A DNA stretch of 64,000 nucleotides from a virus (lineage: Duplodnaviria > Caudoviricetes). The stretch spans positions 32,001 to 96,000 of the IMG/VR virus record IMGVR_UViG_3300020112_001004. One strand, 5' to 3'. The notes under the pieces were generated by a model. It made no database searches, was not told the origin of the DNA, and worked only from the letters and a program-made list of their open reading frames with translations. Numbering within the stretch: position 1 is the stretch's first letter; each line of letters starts with the position of its first letter. A program made the position numbers and the translations under genes. Shown here piece by piece: positions 27,108-36,227 of this stretch.

Positions 27108-29055
27108 TAGGTAACTTTACCTCCAATTCTTCAACATTGTTAATTTCTTCCCTATAGTGTAGGAAACGAATAGCACCATATCCTTCTTGAGTAGGTGTTA
27201 GATTGGAATCTGGACAATCAGTCCTGTGTTTTAGAAAATCTATCAACTCGAAAACATTAGGTGTTTTTCCATATTTTTTCTTATATAAATTACTACCTAT
27301 CATTAAGCATCCTGTTACTGTTGGGGCTGAGCAACTTGTTCCAGAAAATTCGTCATAAGACCAGTGTTCACTATCTGGCATACCATTTCTTGTAAAAATT
27401 GATGAGTAACCTAAAAAACACAAGCCCCTTGCTCCAGTAGAAACTGAATAGTAAACCATATCATCTTCGTTTTTAGAATATCCATAATAATACTCGCTTC
27501 CATTGCCTCTTGGGTCATAGTATTCATTACTCCATATATCATGCCTGTCTGTTACTCCTCCTGCACCTATAATTCCATTGGCAAAATAAGGCATTCTAAT
27601 AGCTGGAGCCCCGTATTCTGTTTCACAGTCCATAGATTCGTTTCCAGATGAGTTTACAAAGACTCCTCCGGCTGTAATGTATTTTCCAAAAGCAGACATA
27701 GAGGGTATATATTCCTCATGGTCAGAAAGATAGACCGTTCCCCCACCATAGCTCCTATTAACAAACATACAATTCTCTTTTAGCGCTAGTTCACACACTT
27801 TAGAAAACTCGTTGTTGGATGAACTGTCTACCCCTCCTATTTTAATCCATACAAATTCAGCTTTTGGAACTGCTCCATAAGTGCACTCTTTACCAGTCCC
27901 CAACAGAATATGGCTAACTTGAAATCCATGATTATTTTTCCACTCTTTCATTGGTGTCATATCATTTTGCTTACTTATATCGTTGTTTATATTATAGGTT
28001 GCGACAAGTTTGTCATAATCAATATCTGGGAACTCGTCTCTTCTTGATATATCAGCAAACCCAGAGTCTGCTATGGCAACTCTTAAGCCTTCTCCATATT
28101 CGGCGCTTTCCCACACGTCTTGAACCTCATGATACCAAATATTACCGTCTAGGTGTTTATAAGCCTTTTCATCATAAATAAGTGGAGAACCAAAATACCA
28201 ATCTTTCTTAATAAATTCTAGTTCTATCTCTTTTCTAACATCTTGATTATCTAATACAACACTTCCCCAAGCTCCACCGTTTCTGTCTTTAAGATGTTTA
28301 CACATTCTTAGCAATGAATTTTTATTAGAAGAAAGAGGACAATTTAATAAATGCACTCTTTGTAAGTTATCACAGTCAACAAAAATTAAATCATTTAGTT
28401 GAGTTTCTGTTTTATTTACAAACTTAGTTAGTTGAGAACCTTTTACAATCATCCCTGTGATAGAAGCGTTAGTATTCTCAAATTCTCCTGTTATATCAGC
28501 CACTTTAGAAATGGAGGCGTTTTCTATTTCATACACCCCGTTTTCTAAAGAGGATAGGTTTATGCTCTCTATAAATTCTAAGGATGGCTCTGCTTCGTCC
28601 TCCTCAGTAGAACCTTCTGGAGAATAATCTATTAATTCTGCGTTAAATTCTCCATTAATTTTAACTATTTTTAGAGCATGTTGTTTATCACAACCAAGCT
28701 CTATTTCATCAGTAATATCTCCCTCTTTTAGGGTTACTACATTCCCTTTTTGACCTTTAATATATAGTTTTGCTTCCCAGTAGTCTTTTTCTATAGTTGG
28801 TAAATTAATTGTGATATTCTCAGTAATAACAAGTGATTGTAAGGAAGAAGTGGTTAAATTTACCTCTCCATTTTCTGGTGATAGAACTACTAGCCCTTCT
28901 TGAGAATCTGAAGATAATTCTACCCATTCAGCGCCATTCCAAAAAGATACTATATTTTTTTCTGTATCAAAATATTCATATCCTGTATCGTTTGCTGTTA
29001 AATTATCTGGTCTATTTGCTGTATTACCTATATATCTATACTTGGTTTTTTTCAT
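27094..29055 (-). CDS. Modular protein: shared N-terminal module + C-terminal S8 subtilisin-like protease
   Basis: VAIADSG, NHGFQV, NSSGN, SGTSCSAPTVTG; first ~54 aa nearly identical to ORF 29173-31416. Confidence 0.85.
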   Translation of the reverse strand: MKKTKYRYIGNTANRPDNLTANDTGYEYFDTEKNIVSFWNGAEWVELSSDSQEGLVVLSPENGEVNLTTSSLQSLVITENITINLPTIEKDYWEAKLYIKGQKGNVVTLKEGDITDEIELGCDKQHALKIVKINGEFNAELIDYSPEGSTEEDEAEPSLEFIESINLSSLENGVYEIENASISKVADITGEFENTNASITGMIVKGSQLTKFVNKTETQLNDLIFVDCDNLQRVHLLNCPLSSNKNSLLRMCKHLKDRNGGAWGSVVLDNQDVRKEIELEFIKKDWYFGSPLIYDEKAYKHLDGNIWYHEVQDVWESAEYGEGLRVAIADSGFADISRRDEFPDIDYDKLVATYNINNDISKQNDMTPMKEWKNNHGFQVSHILLGTGKECTYGAVPKAEFVWIKIGGVDSSSNNEFSKVCELALKENCMFVNRSYGGGTVYLSDHEEYIPSMSAFGKYITAGGVFVNSSGNESMDCETEYGAPAIRMPYFANGIIGAGGVTDRHDIWSNEYYDPRGNGSEYYYGYSKNEDDMVYYSVSTGARGLCFLGYSSIFTRNGMPDSEHWSYDEFSGTSCSAPTVTGCLMIGSNLYKKKYGKTPNVFELIDFLKHRTDCPDSNLTPTQEGYGAIRFLHYREEINNVEELEVKLPNVIR

Positions 29056-29172
29056 TATAAATTCCTCCTATTTTAATTTAATGCAATTCATGTATTTTGT
29101 TCATTCTGATTTTTTTATGGATATAGAGGGGTAGATATAAATGAATAATTTAATATCAACCCCTTGTGATTA

Positions 29173-31416
29173 CTACTCTTCTGTTATATAGTTGCAATCT
29201 TCTATTGTTATATTTGATAAATTATAATCAAATGGTGGAATATTTATCAAGTCACAATCTATAAATTCAAATTGCATATTTCTGTTTTCTTCTTTACTCA
29301 TATCTGTGCGTGTAAAACCAAATTTTCCATTAGGTTTTGTCTTAAGTGTGCAATTTATGAAACAGATTTTAGCTTTCTCATTGTTGGTTACTCTAAATAG
29401 ATTGCCTTCAATAGTATTTATTAAGCAACAATTCTTATAGGTGACATCATTATATGCCATAAAGTTATACATACCATATACATGAGCGTTTTGATGTTGT
29501 TTAAATTCGCAATTATCAAACAATATCTTAGCAACATTTCCTTCCTTAAGACCACTAATTGCAAACGATGGGTTCACTCCATCTCCTATGGTGCAATTTA
29601 AGAATTTTGCGTCACTATTTTTTTGATAAGCAAGTTGGTAACGAGAGAAGTATGAATCCTCAACAATTACTTTTTCTTCGAAGCAAAGAGTAGCATCAAT
29701 GCTAGAATTTTTTATTGTGGAATTAAATACGTTTAATTGTTCGGCTGAAGAAGTTATTGTCCCTCCCAGAATAAAATTAAAATTATCCACTGTGCAGTTT
29801 CTTAATCTAAGAGCAAAATTATGAATAGGCTTAATTTCTTGTTTTATAGTAAAATCTCTCACTAGCGCTCCATCTATTGTTAAAGCTTTTGCGTTCTTAA
29901 CTCTAATATGGCTTCCAACCAAATTTCCGTTAAGCCTAACCTCATCGCTATCCTCTACGTTTAAATTTTTTACACTAACACACTGAGGCTTATACGCTTC
30001 AGCTTCTGTGGTGCCTGTTAATAAAACAGTCGACCTAAATACTTGATTGTTTTCTATGACAGCTCCACTGGTTGCATTTACAGTCATTGCTATTCCCATA
30101 TCTTCAAAGTGATTATTGGAAACTATATGCCCACATCCATCATAACAAATAACTCCGTATGGACAGTCTTTGAAAAAATTCCCCTCGATTATTATACTAC
30201 GAGTGGTATGACCTCCATCTTCTATATCTACACAAGCTTGGGGAGCAGTTCCACGAATATTGTACACCGATGAGTTTCTTAATCCACAAGAAATACCCCC
30301 TCCAACAGAGACACCTTGTCTTCTGCAATTATAAATCTCGCATTGTTCAATAAATGAATTTTCTGCGCTACGCCCTATTCTAAACATAAAAGTTAAATCT
30401 TGTTCCACTTCTTCGTGGTCAATATAAACTCTGAAAGATTTTGCACCCTCTGGAATATCACTAGGGTCTGAAAAATAAGACTTTATTGTTTTTATAAAAT
30501 TTTCTTCTTCGTCGTAAAACGCTATATAAATGAGTTTTTTAGTAACCCTATATAGAGCACCATAACCATAGGGGTTGCCAGAGTATACATAAAGTTTTTC
30601 TTTTAGTGATAAGCCAATTTTTCTATCTTCTTCATTTAATAAAGAGTCTAGCGATATCTTGTTTGTTAGTCTATATCCGACTCCTTCTGCGTTTGCTCCA
30701 TTGCTGTCTATCACTCCATTTTCGCAAGTTTGATTTAAAACATAGTTTGAGGAATAATATGATAAAACACTTCCCATATAGCTCCCATCGCCAGTAAACC
30801 CGTGTATTTTCAAATTCTTACACAAACATCTTCTACTTCCTCTAAAAAGTACCCCGTGTCCATGTTCGTGAGTCTCACTAATAGAAGCGTCATAGTCGTG
30901 ATTATCTCTATCACCAATTAATTCTCCATTTTTTACCATTGTATCTTCGCATAATAATAAGTCTAAAATTCTATACCCAGCATAATTATTGGGTTTTATT
31001 TTTATTATAGCGCCATTTAAATCGTATTCGGTACTTGAGTGTAACATAAGAATAGAAGGGTGGTTGTTCTTACCTTGAGATGAAACAACACCGTCTAATT
31101 CATCTATAACTTCTATTTCTGTATTCTTAGGGAAAGTCACTCTTCTATATCCTAATTCATAAGCTTCGTCAAACTGTTGTTGAATAGATTTAGTCAATTC
31201 CACCGAAGATAAAGAATCATCTATTTTTATTATATATTCTAATTCTTCCCCAGAGCCTTCTTGAGACTCTGGTGATAACTCTATCCATTCAGTACCATTC
31301 CAGAAAGATACGATGTTTTTTTCTATATCAAAATATTCATATCCTGTGTCTGCCATCGTTAAATTGTCTGGTCTATTGTTTGTTTTACCACTGTATTTAT
31401 ATTTACTTCTAAACAT
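29173..31416 (-). CDS. Right-handed beta-helix (pectin-lyase-like) protein, putative depolymerase
   Basis: YDLNGAII, HEHGHG, GFTGDG, NCRRQGVSV, GTAPQACVDIED, repeated (F/I)xNC motifs. Confidence 0.75.
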   Translation of the reverse strand: MFRSKYKYSGKTNNRPDNLTMADTGYEYFDIEKNIVSFWNGTEWIELSPESQEGSGEELEYIIKIDDSLSSVELTKSIQQQFDEAYELGYRRVTFPKNTEIEVIDELDGVVSSQGKNNHPSILMLHSSTEYDLNGAIIKIKPNNYAGYRILDLLLCEDTMVKNGELIGDRDNHDYDASISETHEHGHGVLFRGSRRCLCKNLKIHGFTGDGSYMGSVLSYYSSNYVLNQTCENGVIDSNGANAEGVGYRLTNKISLDSLLNEEDRKIGLSLKEKLYVYSGNPYGYGALYRVTKKLIYIAFYDEEENFIKTIKSYFSDPSDIPEGAKSFRVYIDHEEVEQDLTFMFRIGRSAENSFIEQCEIYNCRRQGVSVGGGISCGLRNSSVYNIRGTAPQACVDIEDGGHTTRSIIIEGNFFKDCPYGVICYDGCGHIVSNNHFEDMGIAMTVNATSGAVIENNQVFRSTVLLTGTTEAEAYKPQCVSVKNLNVEDSDEVRLNGNLVGSHIRVKNAKALTIDGALVRDFTIKQEIKPIHNFALRLRNCTVDNFNFILGGTITSSAEQLNVFNSTIKNSSIDATLCFEEKVIVEDSYFSRYQLAYQKNSDAKFLNCTIGDGVNPSFAISGLKEGNVAKILFDNCEFKQHQNAHVYGMYNFMAYNDVTYKNCCLINTIEGNLFRVTNNEKAKICFINCTLKTKPNGKFGFTRTDMSKEENRNMQFEFIDCDLINIPPFDYNLSNITIEDCNYITEE

Positions 31417-31431
31417 TATAATCCTCCTCTA

Positions 31432-34410
31432 CTATTCTTCAGCGATAACTATTGAATCTATCAAAATATTATCTAAATTGTAATCTGGCGCTTTAAGATT
31501 TATTAGTTTACAGTCTATAAGTTCAAATTTTTTGCAAGTAGCCCCTTCGTTTGAAAAAATTTTGCAGGCGTTATTTTTACCAATAAGTTCACAACCATGA
31601 AAAGCAACGCTAGGAGTTTCATTATCTGCTACACGGAATAAATAACCATCCACCCTATCTATTATTCGACAATTTTCATAGGTTGCGTCAACGTTGGAAG
31701 CTAGTAGTCCAATCCCATAGACAGAAGGGGTTTGTTGTTCTAGTACAGAGTTTTTAATTATAAGGTTTAAACTGCCCCCAGTTGGCATTCCAAAACCTAT
31801 TGAATCGAATTTCATATTGTCTAGTTCCAAATCAAAGGCTTGAGATTCATAAATAACACATATCTTTTTTATATACCCATCGGAAATTTTAGAATTAGCC
31901 AATCTAATCTCTGAATTTACGGTTACTTGTTTCAATACACTATTTTTTATATTTAAAATTTTATTGTTTGGGTTTAGTAATTCAAAATGATTCAATTCCA
32001 CATTGTCCCAATATCCATATCCTATTTTGTTTATCTTAAAATTAGATAATGTACTATTGTTTATTGTCACAACGTTTCCGTTTTCTAAAAGTATTTTATC
32101 CCCATGAGAATTCCCTCCTATTGATAAGTTACAAGGCACTTCTTCTCCGGATATAGTTAGGTTTGTTATATTACTGTTTGTAAATGAGGCGTTTTTAACA
32201 TTATGCAATACAATCCCTTGTATATCTTTATTATTAACTTGTATTTCATCACAATCCTTACAATATACTCCAGAGACAGTTCCAATCCCTTTTAAGCGTA
32301 CGTTTCCTACCATATAACAAGTTAAATTGTTTACATATACATTTTGAGGATTGTAAAGAGGAGAGTTAATTTCAGTGTCTAAAACAACCTGCGAACTTCT
32401 TTCTACTGTACAATTTTGCACAGTGGCATTAACCCCAGCGTATATGGATATTGCATGCCATTCTATTCCACTAATCCTACAATTCTCCATAATATGTCCT
32501 CTACCGTCATAGAAAATAACTCCAAATTTTGAATCTTCAAAATTGTTATTTAACAACACAACTCCTCTTGTTAAATGCCCAGCGTCCTCGATATCTACAC
32601 AGGCTTGTGGAGGTGTACCTTGTATATTTCTAATTGTTGAGTCTACTACTCCACTGACATACGCTCCTCCGATTGACACTCCTTGTCTTCTGCAAGACTC
32701 TATAAGGCAGTTTTTTATATATGAATTTTTACTAACCCTAACAACTCTGCTCATTAAAATAAGTTGCGAAGAGTCAACACTTAGTAAATCAGCGTTAGGG
32801 AAATGAAGTTTAAAATAACGTCCTCCTTCTGGTATTTGTAAAGGTGTGCACACCTCTCCTTTTGTGTAGGATATAAAACTTTTATCTTCATCATACCAAA
32901 AAATATTAGCCTCTTGATTTGAAAATACCCCACCAGCGCCAACACCAGTTGAGTTAGCTGGTACTAAAGTTATCCCATCTTTCAATGAGAAACCTGCTTG
33001 TTTATCTTCCTCATTTAGTAAATCTAACAAATCATAATATCTATTACTTCTAGTCTCTTCTTCGCTATCTTCCGGTTCTCCTGTCTCAGTGTTTATTTTC
33101 CCAACTTCTACATACTCCCTCCAAAGCATTCCCTTGCCTTCGTAATGACCTACACCAATGCCTATATATGCACCGTCACCAGTTCCTAGTTTCAAGTGGC
33201 AATTCATTATTAAGCAGTTTTCACACCCAGACATTTGAACACATGTTCCCCACTCATGGGAGGCAAAGTTTCCATTTGTGTAATTAGTATAAATATGTTC
33301 TTCTTTATCTCCTACTATTGTTCCGTTTTTTAATATAGTATTGGTTAGATTATTCATACTAATGATGGTATATCCGGCATAGTTATTATCTTTTATTTTT
33401 ATAACACTATCGTTTAAATCATATGTGGTGTTATTACTTAGCCTTAACATGGGTTTATCCAAAAACCCTTGAGAAGGGGCGCACACCCCGTCTAATTCGT
33501 CTATAACTTCTATTTCTGTATTCTTAGGGAAAGTTACTCTTCTATATCCTAACTCATAAGCTTCATCAAATTGTTGTTGAATAGATTTGGTTAAATTTAC
33601 TGAGGATAAAGAACTATCTATTTTTATTATATATTCTAATTTCTCTTCGTTGATTAATACTTTAGTTGCTTCAATGACAGTATCTTCAACCAAAGATTTG
33701 CCATCAACTTTATCTACTTTGTCTGCTAACTCGGTTTTCTTAGCGTAAGAGGTTAAATCCACCTCTCCTCCTAAAGTGGCATTAGCTATTTTAGAATCCA
33801 CCTCTGAACCAGTAATAAAATCGGAGTCGTTTGTTAATTGTGAAGTTTTTGTAGGTATATTTAATTGAGATAATGAAGTATCAACAATAGATTGGACAAC
33901 CTCTTCATTTACAGCACCAGCGTTAGCTATTTTAGTATCAACTTCAGTGCCAGTTACAAAACCAGAGTCATTTGTTAATTGAGAAGTTTTTGTTGGTATA
34001 TTTAATTGAGACAAAGATTCGTTAACAATTAATTGAACAGCTTCTTCATCTACAGTACCACTTATTTCTTTTTCCTCTAAAACTCCCTCTACTATTGTTT
34101 TTATTTCTTCTTCGGTGTAGTGTTTTTTAGCATTGACAGCATTGTCTACATAGGTCTTGTTTGCTAAATTTAAATCGTTTTGTAATTCAGATATTTTAGT
34201 AGGAATATCTAAAGCTTCTAATAAAGCTTGTACTTCCTCTTCGGTTAAAAAATTTTTTATGGCATTTGATATTTGAGTAGATACTTCTGATTTCTTAGCA
34301 TAAGTGCTTAAGTCCAACCCATCAGTTTGGATTTTAGCAACTTCTGCAACTATAAGTTCAATTACTTGAGCTTTTGAGATACCATTATTGCCTTTATATC
34401 CTTTATTCAT
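31432..34410 (-). CDS. Tail-fibre-like protein: IPTKTSQLTNDS repeats + beta-helix domain
   Basis: N-terminal repeats typical of phage tail proteins; CRRQGVSI, GTPPQACVDIED; paralog of 29173-31416. Confidence 0.75.
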   Translation of the reverse strand: MNKGYKGNNGISKAQVIELIVAEVAKIQTDGLDLSTYAKKSEVSTQISNAIKNFLTEEEVQALLEALDIPTKISELQNDLNLANKTYVDNAVNAKKHYTEEEIKTIVEGVLEEKEISGTVDEEAVQLIVNESLSQLNIPTKTSQLTNDSGFVTGTEVDTKIANAGAVNEEVVQSIVDTSLSQLNIPTKTSQLTNDSDFITGSEVDSKIANATLGGEVDLTSYAKKTELADKVDKVDGKSLVEDTVIEATKVLINEEKLEYIIKIDSSLSSVNLTKSIQQQFDEAYELGYRRVTFPKNTEIEVIDELDGVCAPSQGFLDKPMLRLSNNTTYDLNDSVIKIKDNNYAGYTIISMNNLTNTILKNGTIVGDKEEHIYTNYTNGNFASHEWGTCVQMSGCENCLIMNCHLKLGTGDGAYIGIGVGHYEGKGMLWREYVEVGKINTETGEPEDSEEETRSNRYYDLLDLLNEEDKQAGFSLKDGITLVPANSTGVGAGGVFSNQEANIFWYDEDKSFISYTKGEVCTPLQIPEGGRYFKLHFPNADLLSVDSSQLILMSRVVRVSKNSYIKNCLIESCRRQGVSIGGAYVSGVVDSTIRNIQGTPPQACVDIEDAGHLTRGVVLLNNNFEDSKFGVIFYDGRGHIMENCRISGIEWHAISIYAGVNATVQNCTVERSSQVVLDTEINSPLYNPQNVYVNNLTCYMVGNVRLKGIGTVSGVYCKDCDEIQVNNKDIQGIVLHNVKNASFTNSNITNLTISGEEVPCNLSIGGNSHGDKILLENGNVVTINNSTLSNFKINKIGYGYWDNVELNHFELLNPNNKILNIKNSVLKQVTVNSEIRLANSKISDGYIKKICVIYESQAFDLELDNMKFDSIGFGMPTGGSLNLIIKNSVLEQQTPSVYGIGLLASNVDATYENCRIIDRVDGYLFRVADNETPSVAFHGCELIGKNNACKIFSNEGATCKKFELIDCKLINLKAPDYNLDNILIDSIVIAEE

Positions 34411-34439
34411 CTAAATTGTTTCCTCCTTTTTATACTATC

Positions 34440-34715
34440 TTATAATCCTATTCTTCCCTCAACTACTACGCCTTGAGTTAAGAATTTTAATTCTGTGATT
34501 GCTGGACTGTCGAAGTCTAAACATAAATCAAAGTCTGAACTCATCCAACCAGTTAAACCATTTTCAATGTATTCACAATCTTCAGAAACGTGTAAAGTTA
34601 GTTTAATTATTTTTATATTGCTCCAAGTTGGTAATTGTTCTTTTAACATTGCTATTACGTCATATCCCTCGGCTGGAACTGTAAATTTAACATTTAATTC
34701 TTTAGTTGTTTTCAT
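34440..34715 (-). CDS. Hypothetical protein
   Basis: AAGGAG RBS, 91 aa. Confidence 0.6.
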   Translation of the reverse strand: MKTTKELNVKFTVPAEGYDVIAMLKEQLPTWSNIKIIKLTLHVSEDCEYIENGLTGWMSSDFDLCLDFDSPAITELKFLTQGVVVEGRIGL

Positions 34716-35410
34716 TTTATTATCTCCTTTTCGTTTAATATATATAAATTATTTTTTTGTACCAAACCATTATTATCAAATAAATAGTTCAGCACATTTT
34801 CCTTATTAATAGAAAACCCTTGTTCTTTTAAATCTTCAGCCACATAGGATAAATATCCTGTTACAATAGCACAAGCCATAGAGGTGCCTGTTCTAACCAA
34901 GCTCTCTTGTGCTAAAGTTATACATGATTGTTTCTCTCCAAAAGTGTAGATATCAGCGCTATTGGAAAAAGTGGATTTATTATAATTATCACTTACACTA
35001 CCAACACTTAGAGTAGATTCGTAAAACGCTGGGTAGTATTTAGATTTATCATAATTATTACCAGAGGCGCAAATTAATAAAACTTTCCTTGATAACATAG
35101 TGCACATAGCCTCTAGCCTAGAATAGTTTTTAATAGTTCCCATAGAAAAATTAACTATGTCTAAATTGTCAAGTTCAGCCTTTCTAAATCCTCTTAGCAA
35201 GTCATCTATTGACCCACCTTTTTCTTGAAGAACCTTATAGACATAAAGTTCTACATTGGGATTAATATTATATATTTTAGTAGTTACCCATGTGCCATGC
35301 CCACTTTTATCTTTACTTGTTTCTTCTGTTAAATTTTTTCTTATTACATTATCTTCTGGTATAACCCTAAAATCCAACCCAGAGTCTAATACTCCTATTT
35401 TAACCTTCAT
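34712..35410 (-). CDS. S8 subtilisin-like serine protease (catalytic domain only)
   Basis: IGVLDSG, SGHGTWV, ASGN, YPA, TGTSMA triad; GGAGG RBS before ATG 35410. Confidence 0.9.
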   Translation of the reverse strand: MKVKIGVLDSGLDFRVIPEDNVIRKNLTEETSKDKSGHGTWVTTKIYNINPNVELYVYKVLQEKGGSIDDLLRGFRKAELDNLDIVNFSMGTIKNYSRLEAMCTMLSRKVLLICASGNNYDKSKYYPAFYESTLSVGSVSDNYNKSTFSNSADIYTFGEKQSCITLAQESLVRTGTSMACAIVTGYLSYVAEDLKEQGFSINKENVLNYLFDNNGLVQKNNLYILNEKEIIK

Positions 35411-35472
35411 CATCCACCTCCCATATATTGAAGGATTACCTGCCAAGCAATCTTGGTGGGTTCCTTCAAGTT

Positions 35473-35700
35473 TTATAAAAATATTGCTAATAATAATAAT
35501 AAATAGTTACTTGTTTCACCACAACTAAAACATTTAAAAAAATTAGAATGAGTAAACAAGTAAAATAGAATAGCTGATTTTATAAAGTACCTTATGAAGC
35601 TGTATATCATGCCTATTAGAAAAGCTAGGTTGCACTTCTTTTGCGCATCTTTTGCTTGAGTTATCAACTCTTTAAAACACTTATCAAGATTATTGGGCAC
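35473..35700 (-). CDS. Small membrane protein in lysis cluster
   Basis: Hydrophobic segments; overlaps upstream stop. Confidence 0.5.
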   Translation of the reverse strand: MPNNLDKCFKELITQAKDAQKKCNLAFLIGMIYSFIRYFIKSAILFYLFTHSNFFKCFSCGETSNYLLLLLAIFL

Positions 35701-35966
35701 TATACTATTGTTGGTAAAATTAATCCAATAAGAGTAGTTATGGTGGCTGTTATAATAGCTGTCATAATTATTGCTCCAGTCTTGGATATTAATTTATTCC
35801 CTTTGATTTTTTCTTCTTCGTGCCATGAATTAATTGCGTCAATAGACTCTTTCATACTATTAATGCTAACATTAGAAAGTTTAACCTCCGCTTCTATGGT
35901 ATACATTCTATGGTTCAACACGTCTATTCTATCCCTAAGATTATCTATTTTTTCCTCGTTACTCAT
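35700..35966 (-). CDS. Coiled-coil + single TM protein (XhlA-like/holin-associated)
   Basis: N-terminal coiled coil, C-terminal TM helix, next to holin. Confidence 0.55.
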   Translation of the reverse strand: MSNEEKIDNLRDRIDVLNHRMYTIEAEVKLSNVSINSMKESIDAINSWHEEEKIKGNKLISKTGAIIMTAIITATITTLIGLILPTIV

Positions 35967-36225
35967 TTGTTTCTCCCTTCAATCTTTTAGTTTCTTTATC
36001 TCCATCTTTTAATCCTTTTGAAGTAGGGTCTACTAAGGCTGATATGCAAGTTAACGCAAGACATATAACTTTAGAGGGAGAAGAGAATATAAACCCTAAT
36101 CCAATAAATAATTCTTTCCAACTGTTTAATGCTCCTATATCTAATCCAGTAGCTAGTAGCACAGCAGATATCAACCCTATATACATATAAATGTTTGTTA
36201 ATCTAGTTTTCCATTTGCTATTCAT
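35959..36225 (-). CDS. Holin
   Basis: WK.R..N, two TM helices, VDPTSKGLKD (phi LC3-like holin pattern). Confidence 0.75.
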   Translation of the reverse strand: MNSKWKTRLTNIYMYIGLISAVLLATGLDIGALNSWKELFIGLGFIFSSPSKVICLALTCISALVDPTSKGLKDGDKETKRLKGETNE

Positions 36226-36227
36226 TA

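Noticed and set aside
29173-34410. Duplicated segments as a diversity-generating retroelement TR/VR pair
   Set aside because: Differences are not adenine-specific, both copies are in coding N-proximal regions, and no reverse transcriptase is present.
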